This document shows positions 11,315 to 21,950 of a stretch of DNA of 64,000 nt, in pieces. A program made the translations under genes and the position numbers. The stretch's first letter is position 1. Every line of letters starts with the position of its first letter. This DNA comes from Zygnema circumcarinatum SAG 698-1b (lineage: Eukaryota > Plantae > Zygnematophyceae), in the NCBI GenBank assembly GCA_037447605.1, contig CM074807.1, forward strand, positions 1,736,001 to 1,800,000, written 5' to 3'. The notes under the pieces are model-generated. The model ran no database searches, had not been told where the DNA came from, and worked only from the letters and a program-made list of their open reading frames with translations.

Positions 11315-14300
11315 ATGGCGCGGATGCAGATGAGTGTGAGGATCAGCGCATGGGAGTATGCAGTGGGGCTGCTGAGCCTCGTGCTGGACGTCTTTGTGCA
11401 GAAGCTCAAGGCCTATGGGCTCGGGACGGCTGGGAGGGCCTGCCACCCGGATGTGCGGCGCAAGACTTGCGTGGTAACTGGAGCAACGAGCGGGATAGGC
11501 TTGGAAACAGCAAGGTATGTATTGTTCCTGTTAGAAATATCTTTCCTCTCTTTTGCCAAGTTTCGAGAAGGCCTAGCTTCTGCTTGCTACATACTATTCC
11601 GCCCTCTTGACTTTTTTGGATCTCTACATTTAGCGTAAGCCGATTACATGAACGAAAGAGGAAGCGAAGGAGGGAAAGGCCAGCAATGAAACACAGCGTT
11701 TGAGAACTTTGTTGATCTATCCGAGGCAAATAAGCTAGAGTATAACTGTTAACTGCTTGGAAACGTCAGCAGGTATTTGAGCTGCAAATGGTGGATTCTT
11801 ACCATAAAGAGACTGACAAGCTTAAATGTTAAATAGACTCGACTGAACCGCGCATAAGCGTTGGCGCTGCTCCTTCCTGCCTTATGCAGGGAGCTGGCTC
11901 GTAAAGGGGCTCAAGTGGTATTGGCTGTTCGGAATACAGCAGCAGCTGAACAGCTGGTGGCGCTATGGCGGGAGGATCAGCCTGACATTTCTGCAGAGGT
12001 ACTTTTCAGGAATGCCATTGTACGTTTTGCAAGCTGTTCAGTAAAGACACTTCCACGTATGTTCTTAGGGAAGAATCTGAGATCACCAGAGCCGAGTCAT
12101 TCTTTACAAAAGAGAAGGCGAGGAAAGGGAATACCCCAACCGGGACTTGGTTCGCTGTCATGGCTCCCGTTAGAATGCAGTGGAAACCACAAACACCTGG
12201 CGTAATGGCCGGCTAATTTTATTAACTGAAAAATTGGACCGTTTCTCGATGGTGCACATTCAAGCAATTAGGACGTGACTCTGCTAAGCACAGCTGCATT
12301 TGCTGTAGAGCTTCAAACGAGAATTTTCAAGAGAGACTTGGGCAGAACATTGGTAATGCTAGCAGTGTGTCATGTGTTATGTTGTCTGATTGAGACCCAA
12401 TCAAGGTGTTCTTTCAATTACTCCATTTTTCGTTTCTTACAGCAATGTGCAACCTCTGCTTAGCTTCATAGAGGCGCGTTCAATAAACAAAGCCAAGAAC
12501 ATAGCGTGGCTTTTGGTGAAAGTTCTTAGTCTTCTAGGCAACAGCGATCTTCAAGGTTCTTTACTTGCTTCAGGCCGAGTCTGATGGAATCACCTCGGCT
12601 CAATCTGCAGGTGATGCATTTGGACTTGTCTTCCTTGGCTTCCATTCGCGAATATGCACGACAATGGGACAAAACAAGAGCCATCAACATTCTTATCAAC
12701 AATGCCGGGATATTTTCGATGGCTGGTATGCTTCAATTTTAAAGAATTGAAAGACATTGTGTATTCTGCAAACGCCATCATGTGAAGGCATCCAACAGAC
12801 CGTTATTTGCTGGTACGCTACTGTTGTTATGTCTACCTGTGTGTTCTGGTTAGGGTTTCCGCATCTTTCTGCCTAAACTTGTAAGGAGGACTTTCTGGCC
12901 CTTTGAAAAGATCGTTTTTGCAAAGTTTGTTACGACTAAGTGAATTCGGTCATATCTGGTCAGGATATCTGCCGAGCCCTTGAAATCCAAAAGGTGATGA
13001 AGTGGATGTTACCTTAAGCAGCATACTACAAGACCACCTCGAGATGCATTGCCAGTAACTCTTTCAAGTCAATGTACCACCTTGAGCCGCCTTAATTGTA
13101 TGTCATTGTCATTTTAAGTCGTTTTCGTGACCCTTATGACCATTATTTCATGTCTTACGGTTTTGGACTTCTTTGGATAAACATTAATCTGGTACTGCTC
13201 ACAGGATGTGCCATATGGTTGCTACAGGGTTGGTTCCTCCGTGTCCACAAATTTTGCGGCTTTGTTTTAATTCGTTTTTGGCGTTTGTACCCGGTTACAG
13301 GAAAGCAGGCGATGACGTCAAATGGCTTGGAGGAGCATTTTGCAGTCAACTTCCTGGGGCAAGCCCTGCTTATTCTCCTATTACTGCCTGCTCTGAAGCT
13401 CGCTCGTTCTGCAAGGGTAGTGAACGTCAGCTCACAGGTACAAGCCAGATTTTCCCAGCGAAGCTTTCTAGCTTCTTGACGTGATTCATTTGGCTAGTGT
13501 CTTCGTCCATCCTCTTATTGGGCTCATGCCCTTAGAGCATGCTGCAGAATAGCAGCAAGAAGGGCATGGAAAATGGAGTCAGACTCCTGGCATGTAGCCC
13601 TCAATTGCGATGTGCATTAGAGGTTTCCCTTACCATAGCCTTTAACAGGGTGGGGGTGAGAAGATCTGGTGGCCAGATGCATGAGTTGGGGGAACTTGAC
13701 TTCAATGACTTGCACTTTACCAAAGGCCGCCATTTCAGTTCGACGGCAGCATACTGCCAAAGCAAATTATCCCAGGTAACATGGTTTTGCCATTCAGCTG
13801 AGCATAGCAATGTTTCTTGAACACAACAGCATATGCCGCATGATGCATGTGAACCATCCACTTCCTTCATACCAAGTACACAGAACTTGTACTCTGTTAG
13901 TGGGGCAGGTCTTTTTCACAAATGCGCTTCACCGTCGCTTGCCGGAGAATTCCAATGTAGACATAATTGCTGTTCATCCTGGGGAAGTCGTAACAAACGT
14001 GGTGAGTGCAATCTGCCATTGAATGGCTGACTGAGTACACCCTGTAGTCCAGCTGCTGCTGCTAAAAAGGAAGTATTCACTGGTAAAATCGCAGTGCTTT
14101 CTCTAACTCTCGGAATGGGGGCTTGTGGGTCCAATCTGGAACTTGTGATCCCCTAGGGACGAACCCTGCCAGCATGGGTCCGCTGGTGCTACCGCACGCT
14201 AGCACCGCTTACGTGCTACATGCCATCTGAGGGTGAGTCTCCTGCCCGCAGCAGCAGCTGAAAAAGTACCTTTGGCCTTTTGAAATGGTTTTTACGTGAC

Positions 14301-14677
14301 CTGTACTCTATTTGACAGTGCAGCTCTCCAGTACGAGTGATCCGCCCTGGCTGCTTTGTTGGAGCAGAAAACGAGGAGGCCATATTCTTCATATTCTGAC
14401 CGAGATTTTCATCTGTCCAATGGTGACCTTCGCAGGTGCCAGGGCTCCATTGTTTGTGGCCACCAACCCTTCTGTTCGAGAAGTGGCTGCAGCTGTTCGG
14501 AGGACTGCTTCCGCAGATGGCCCCTATTACGGCTCCCACTGCAAGCCAATCAGTGTCGCTCGCCAGGCTCGAGACAAGGAGGCTGCAGACTACACTCTGG
14601 ACTACACGCTCAACTTGTTAGGGTTCTCTAAAAGCTACATCACGGATGTGTTTGATGCGCAGTATCCTCTGCATTGA
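11315..14677 (+). CDS. Short-chain dehydrogenase/reductase (retinol dehydrogenase/TIC32-like classical SDR), multi-exon
   Basis: TGATSGIG cofactor motif, INNAG, NVSS, catalytic YCQSK and VHPGEV lie on consecutive GT-AG-joined exons; stop at 14677. Confidence 0.92.
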
Positions 14678-15501
14678 TAGAAGCAGTCTTTGTAGGCAAG
14701 GAGCTTGGAATTAGACCTATTTACCGTCTCCAGTTGGAGTTTTCCATCGGAGTTGCGTGGCATGTTTGACATGACATACTCCAAATGCCTGGCATGCATA
14801 GAGTAGCGTGGTGAGAGAAAGGACCAAGAAGCCCATGGGGTAGACCATGCAGGCGCACATGTCATTGGAAACAAAGCTTTGAATTCATTAATTTTATTTT
14901 TCAGGAAAACTGGCCAACGAATGCAACTGTGCAAAGCGTTCTGAGAGCCAAGTTGGTTTGTGCTGCCAAAATTCGAGTTTGGATGTGTAAACAGCAACCC
15001 AGCACCAAAAGAGCAACCCCTTGTTTGTGAATAGGCCTGAGCAACCAATGTCACCTTCCGCCCTATCCCCCTCTTCCCTAACTCCTGCTCCCTCCTCCTT
15101 GGCCACTGGCCGCTCTACTCGGCCCCCAACTTTCCTGCTTGCCCCGTCCAGAGCAGAGGGCACATTGATTACACACATGACGTTCACCTGATTCATCAAA
15201 AGGCATGAGGTTCACATAATTCAGCAATAGGCATTCCTTGCTCAGCATTAGCAGCCCCCTATGATGCGACCTATGCACTACATGACAGGGCCAAGATAAA
15301 CTCCGGACAAGTTAAGTCTGGTGCTTCCATGCTTACCTTGACAAGGAGCTCTTTCGATTGGCTCTCCTCGCCTTTCTCTGCTCGTCTCCCGCTCCTCTTG
15401 TTCATGAAATTCAAATGATCCAAGCCGACCATGCTAAGCCCCTAAGCTGCTGTCTACCCTCTATATATTCCATGGCCAAATTTCTGCAAAGAGTCAGAAC
15501 T

Positions 15502-18153
15502 TCATGACTTTGACGTGCTCTCCGGAGGCTGCCAATAGCCTGGTTGGAAGATACCACCATCCCTTTTTGGCTTCGGTCCAGATCTGCGGCTCTCCAGTGT
15601 CTGATCTGCGTCTGAAAACAATCCCAAACAAGACAGGCACCAGCTTCGTAAACAACTAGGAGGGTTTGTCCCGACGTCTGCAGAGTAGTGGCCATTATTG
15701 TAGACGCTTTGCCAACTGCCATACACTGCGCTTACGCCATTTGATGGAGAAAAATAAAGCATCTCATCGAAGCTTGTAGTGATGCCTTATTTCTGAAAGA
15801 AGCTGTTCCAACAAGGACCAGAGCAGCAACCACAGGGTGTATGCGGCCATGCCATGATCATCAAGCCGCTGCTCAGAAAAGAAAATGGCTGTGCACTTTT
15901 GAAGAAGTCCCTTAATGCCTTTTGAACCTTTCACCTTATTGTGCACTTCTTGTACTGCTGACACGTTAAAAAGTCAATAGGAGACATACCAGTGATGTGT
16001 TCCATCATTTTCTCCATGCTCTCTGGGCCCAAATGCTCTGCACATTCCGCCAACAGCAGCCCGGACAACTGTCAGGCCAGTTGCCAGCTTGAAGGCTACA
16101 TCACAACCGCACAAAGACACCTTCGTGATATATGGCTTATCGGTGTCCACGTTAGCCAGATTGCCTAAAAAGTGGCTCTCAAGACGACTTCCAGTTGGCC
16201 ATCACTACTAAAACTAAAAGGGCATTCAGCACGTTGTTGAAAGCCAGGTCAAACAGCACAAAGTCATGCTACGACAACCGACCACGATCTCCGAATTACT
16301 TATGAGATAGTGGATCTGCCTTCATTTGGTGAAAGCAATGTTTTCCATATTTTGTCGTGTTGCTTGATCGTCTACAGTCAGCCTTAACCTGCTTAAACAA
16401 TCATTCTGATCCGAACACAACATGCGTAGGGAACTAGCTGCACCTGCAGTTACAATAACCAAACAGGACTCGTTGAAAGCGTCATCAACTTCTGCGAGCG
16501 TAGGCGTAAGTTGGCTCTCAGAGGTATACTCATCCCTTCAAATGTCAGACTTCTTCTGCCAAAGTATGCCATTTGGCACTGAAAATCCAGGTTTGAAGGT
16601 TCTGCAGGCAAAAGAGTGACCCACCAGCTGCAACTCCCTGCTTCAGACTCTTGGCTCGAAAGCGCCTTTTTTCTTCCTCAGCCTGTAAGACTGCCCCCCC
16701 CCCCCCCGGCGTTCATCAGTCTGATGAAGCGGATAGCATAGCCTGCGATGAGATACAACAAATGACCAAAGCTTTACATAATCTACTAGTGAAATTGACA
16801 GTGTCGTGGATAATGCGTGTCTGAGATTTCTGCGAAAATAGCATCCATGAATACCGCAGGACTCTCCGGCCAGAAAAGTGCTAGAGTCGACTGATACAAT
16901 AGGCAGCGGGTTTTTGGTAGAAAAACATACTTGAAGCCTTATATTTCACCATCTTACGATGATTTTCCATGGCCACTATTTCCTGAGAGCCAAGCAAGAA
17001 ATTATCTGGTTAGAAATGGACCATCATGGCCTGCCAGGAAGCATTTACAATCCCTTTTTCATTCTCGTATACTCCACAACTCGACCGAGATGATTTGACC
17101 CATTTTCAGCTCATGCCTTCCAGAAGTAGCGCGACCCAACCTTAATGAGCCAAAAAGTAAAACAACTAATGAAAATCTCATTATGATCTATTTTCTCTAA
17201 CTATACAAAAAGAAAAAAAATGGAATCTTCCACATTTCTCCTTCCCTTGAAAGATCAGACAATACTGAAAATGTGCGAAAAGGAGATAAGAAAGGATGAT
17301 TCGACCACAAAAAAACCTTCAAGTCTCAAGCTGGTCCAATCAAGGCTTAACTTAGAAGCAGCTCCATGACACGGCTTCCCCTTTTGCAAAAATGACCTAA
17401 GAATGAGCCCAATGAAAGCGCACAAGTCACCTCAGGTGTCGGTGCTTCAGCACGAGTGTTGGACAGCCAGCTTATCCATTCCACTGCACAAAAAAAAAGG
17501 GCCGGACAGAAAGAAATTTCAAACAGATGACCAATTGAAATTTAAATGCAACCGTGGCTGCCGTCAGCTCGCAACTCTAAACATTGACACTAGAATGTCT
17601 CAGAGAACTTTGGCAGTTTGGATGAGCTAGCACGATACTGCCTGCGTAGCTAAATGCTCCTTTAAAAAACTAATTTTTTGCTGCTTTTGCTACTGCTATG
17701 CTTATTGAATATCCATGTGAACTGAATAGCCCTGAACTCATCGTTTCTCTGTCCATAATCAAAATCAATGCGCATATCAAACGTAGAATTCAAGGCACGC
17801 CAGAACACACCTGGAAGTGCTCGAGGATCAGGGGCTCCTTTATACTTCACCCATCGCCGCTCAACTTCTGTACCAATTCCACTCAGTTAAGCAAATAAGC
17901 ATCCCAGGCCGACCTTTTATTCTCCATACTGCAGCTAGCCCGTCATCCCCCCTCCACTGAAAAGCTCCAAATGCGAGCAAAATCAAACGAAAACCCTAAA
18001 GTGTAAGTGTCTGTGGGGGGCCAGAGGCCGGGCCTGACCCGCGCCATCCACCGGCTGCTTCTGACGGAAGTACTGATTGCCCGCCCGGTCAGCGCCCGCT
18101 CGCTCTGCCCCTCCCGCCAGCTTCCGCAGCGAGCTCGCCAGCCTCGACAGCAT
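15502..18153 (-). CDS. NDUFAF2: NDUFA12-family complex I assembly factor (NDUFAF2/mimitin-like), multi-exon
   Basis: MLSRLASSLRKLAGGAERAGADRAGNQYF / EVERRWVKYKGAPDPRALP / VEWISWLSNTRAEAPTPE / EIVAMENHRKMVKYKAS-ILQAEEEKRR / ...FQPGYWQPP; matches the D..GN.YF, RWV, EW..WL and WQP family motifs. Confidence 0.85.
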
Positions 18154-18669
18154 GGCCTCCCTCTTCTCTCGCTGCGGCTACGAAGATGACGGGGAGGCTA
18201 CAGCAGAGATGGCATGCTCGGCATCCATGGCGCCCCTCCTGCTGCTGCAAGGGAGGGAGGGCCTGCCAAATGCGGTCACACGATGCAGTGTTTGACGTAC
18301 CAAGGGACGCGTCAATAGCGCGCGCTTGGACGCCTTTCTGCATTGCGGGGGGTAGGGGCGATTCATTCAATCATGACACGCCACGTACACATTTTTGTAC
18401 ACGTGGCGAATATCCATTGGGGGATGCTCGACCATAGCTGTGGTCTCTGGAGTGTGAATTGCGAGTCCTTTGAAAGTAGGCCCTGTGGAATCATGCGATG
18501 GCTCACATCGCATCAATGTGATGCGATAATTTCGCACATATTCGCGTCGTAATGAAGGTTCTCATGAGTTACTGGCGCTTGTCAGTGGTTGCAAGAATGG
18601 GTAGGGTTTTCAGGACTTCGTAGGATTCTAACCATCTATCCATATATCGGAGTATATGTGTGTGCCTTC

Positions 18670-21091
18670 ATGGCTTCCCCTTGGCCCCTGCACGCTATGG
18701 GAAAGGACGGTTTAGGGTTTTGGCCGGTTCTAGGATGTGCAGGCGCGCTGGCCCTTCTTCTGGTTCTGGCGCTGCGTCTGGCCATGACTATGGCGCGAGT
18801 TGGGACCCGCGGAGCCAAGAGGAGGAGGGGGGGCCACGCGGCCACGCTGGTGGTGCTCGGATCAGGTACGGACAGAGGACAGAGAGGCGCCCTCGGGCGC
18901 AGGCACGCGCGCATGCTCACTTTCCTCGCACGCATCGTCGCGGATTCCGTCGTCTGCTTCCTCCATTTGGAGCTTGTTTCAGACGGCGAAGGTTTACGCA
19001 GCTGAGGGATTCAAGGTTCTGGGGTATTAGGGTTTGAGAGCTTTAGGGTTTCAGGGTTTGGGGCTGTAAGGTTGAGTGAGAACCATAGTCAAAATAACAT
19101 TTTTCATGTTTGCTGAACCTTGCATGCCTCACATGATTTGCTAAAACGTTTCACAACCCTATCCGGTGTTGATTTTTTGGTCCATTGGATCAAACAATGG
19201 AATGGTTGCAAACGTCCGATTCAATGTTTGACAGCCATTGACAGCACAGTTCCAACAATTGGTTTGAACCATTAAATGGAAGACAACCATTGGCAACACA
19301 GTTCCAATCATTGGTTTGAACCATTAAAAATGGAATATCTAACCAATCACTGGCAGCTGTTGGAACCATTGGATGGCGGATTCGGTCAACCATTGGTAGT
19401 GATTTGAACCATTGAACGGCAAACCTAACCTTGTCGGAAACATAGAATGGAACCCAGCCAACCATTTTTTTTGGGTTTGACCTTTTAGGGATTGTGAAGT
19501 TTAGTGTGTAGGGCTCTGGTCTTCTAGGGTTTTTTAGGTGTGAGGTTTTGGGTATTAGGGTTTAAGAGGTTTAGGAACCCGGCCTCGACATAGTTGAACT
19601 TCTCTCTATCTTTCTCCCTCCCTCTTCCCCCAGTAATCCTCTTGTCCGATGGCTTTTCTTGCCGATTTTCCTACTCTTCCATTGTAATCCTTGCAACTTC
19701 CCGAACAGGTGGGCACACAGCAGAAATGCTGAATCTTGTGGCTGCGCTGAATCTGGAGAACTATTGGCCCCGCGTCTATATGGCTGCTAAGACTGACAAC
19801 ATGAGCCTGGTTAGAGCAAGGGCCCTCGAAGAGAAGATTGGCGGAGATTCTAAAATCGACAAGGTACTATAAAGAACGCTTCCTTACTCTTAGTTAAAAC
19901 AGTATGATTAAGATAGTGGCGCTTTTACCGCGTTCAGGATGCCTGCTTGAGTGGTGTTGAATAGACTTCTTGCTTAAGAGTAGACTGAAGTTGTCAACTC
20001 TCAAAGCATGCAGACGATATGTTGGATTTCTATGCCAAATTGTTCGAATGTGCTGTGCTTCATATTCCTCATGTGAACTCATTCTAGGTCCCCTTCATCC
20101 TTACTTTCAAGCTCTGCTGATTTTCCGACCCTGGGTTCAATTGCTCGTTTAGAACTACTTTTTGTTACATTTCGGAAACCGTTATTGCCGCAGCATGCAG
20201 CCTTTGTCCGCATGCTTTGGCTGACTGGCTGACAGGCGCGGCAGAATGGGGAGACAAGCAGTGTTCGTTACATGCAAGTTTTTCGCAGTCGAGAAGTTGG
20301 CCAGTCCTACATAACTTCCGTCATCACAACTCTGTTGGCGATGGCGCATGCAGCGCTGCTCGTTTTTTGGATTCTTCCAGAATTGGTATGTGGTAACGGT
20401 CGTAGTTGTTAAACATTACTGAATCTTGTGGTTGATAATTACCAGTAATGGGAAACTGAATTGAAATTTGGATGGAAAGTAGGCATCTATAATGTAGAAG
20501 ATAACTTTCTCCGTTTTGTTCTTGCTCTCCATGTTCCTTCATCTGAAGGCACCAGTTGAAAACAGAAGGGAAGGTTCGCCATTTCCTCATGCTCCCTAGT
20601 TTTGTTCAAGATGAAGTATCATCCCTACTAGAAAGTACTTTTTGCTAACAAATTTGCGAGGTGCTTCCTTTCTTGCCGTATAGAATCTAAAAGATGGCTT
20701 TCTTTCGGGCTCGAGGGATGCAGATTCTTTGTAACGGGCCGGGCACATGTCTGCCGGTCTGCCTCGCGGGGTTTTTGCTGCGAGTGAGTTCGACCTTCCT
20801 GCTTCAAACTTTTCGTTCCTGACCGCTGGCAAGCGCTGAACTGGAACGCGCTGCGCTGAACCCAGACTGAACCTTTCTTTCTATGGCGTCGGGTTCATTT
20901 ACTTCTCCCTCCAGGTTCTCGGCATCAAGGATGTCAAAATCATCTACGTGGAGAGCGTGGCCCGAGTTGAGAAGCTGTCTTTGACGGGCTCCATGCTGTA
21001 CAGCCTGCGCCTCGCCGACCAGTTCTTCGTGCAGTGGCCGCGACTGGTGACCAAGTATCCGAAAACGAGATACATCGGACGGCTCATGTAG
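18670..21091 (+). CDS. ALG14: UDP-N-acetylglucosamine transferase subunit ALG14, 5 exons
   Basis: N-terminal hydrophobic segment, then VLGSGGHTAEM, RSREVGQS, LCNGPGTC, IYVES.ARV and FFVQWP motifs; stop TAG at 21089-21091. The start could be 18697. Confidence 0.94.
19010..19575 (+). repeat. Degenerate TTTAGGG (telomere-like) tracts flanking an AACCATTGG-motif block in ALG14 intron 1
   Basis: TAGGGTTT variants at about 19010-19075 and 19470-19575. Between them (19170-19470) are repeated AACCATTG/CAATGG motifs and a 52-bp-period duplication (CACAGTTCCAA at 19245 and 19297). Confidence 0.75.
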
Positions 21092-21409
21092 CACTGCAGC
21101 CATGTGCGAGGAAGCCATCCGCCGCCATGTCGCCGCCCTCTCCAATGCCGCGGATGACTCGCAATGACCTTCACAACGCATGCGCCAAGCATGTGCGGAC
21201 TTCTGCACAGCAAAAAAACACCCTTGTAGTGAGCATTGGCGGAGGAAACCAGAGGTTTCATAGCGAGTTTTTTGAACGCTCTGTGCGCATGGAGGTCTTC
21301 CCCCCTCCCATTACATAAGCATGCACATAGACACGAGCATTATGAACATGAACCTGAATACGTGCTCTTAACGCAGTCGCCATGTGCGTCAAGCCGGGCC
21401 TAGGGCTAG

Positions 21410-21780
21410 AGGCACGTCGCAACGGCCACGTGGCACGCCCCAATCTCGCGGCGACCAATCACAGGGCTGACACGACCTTGCACTGACGTGGTCAGCGACA
21501 CCATCAACCGTACAAGCTCCAGGTTGGCTGACGTGGCTCATCCGACGGCAAGAAATATATAGTGCTGCTATCGAACGGTCGGAATCAGATCTGGAATGAG
21601 GACGACGCGACCACCGCATGACCCCGTATCGTATCGTATCTTTTTACAAATCGATATTATGCATATCGAATAGAGGTATTACGATATAGGTCGATACGAT
21701 ACTGCGGCCGTGCGGCGGCGCGGAGAGGACGACAGACGCCTCCGCGCAGTCCGGGGGGCGGCGCCACGTCAGCCCTAAAG
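21410..21780 (+). promoter_or_regulatory. ACGT-core (bZIP G-box/hex) cluster upstream of PRS
   Basis: CCACGTGG at 21426, TGACGTGG at 21484 and 21529, reverse TGACGTGG at about 21764, CCAAT at about 21456; all within 550 bp of the ATG. Confidence 0.4.
21626..21702. repeat. Short CGATA-rich palindromic cassette
   Basis: Ends GTATCGTATCG (21626) and CGATACGATAC (21692-21702) are inverted repeats, with an internal TCGATAT-N5-ATATCGA hairpin. Confidence 0.65.
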
Positions 21781-21950
21781 GGAAGGGAGGGAGCCAGAGT
21801 GGGAGGCCGCCGCCCGCCCGCCCGCCCGCAGCCTGCTGCAGAGGCAGAGGCGGAGGCGGGCCTTGGAGGGGCCATAGCGGGGAGGCGAGGGGAGGGGAGG
21901 GCTGCTCAGGACCGCTCCGCCTTCTGCCTGCTCTGCTGGCAGCTCGGAGC

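Noticed and set aside
15130-15340. Possible 3'-UTR intron of NDUFAF2 (AG|GTAAGC donor at 15336)
   Set aside because: The donor looks good, but no acceptor or transcript extent can be supported from sequence alone.
21401-21777. Putative hAT element TAGGGCT...AGCCCTA
   Set aside because: The 7-bp match has non-matching 8-bp flanks (GCCGGGCC vs AAGGGAAG), so there is no TSD.
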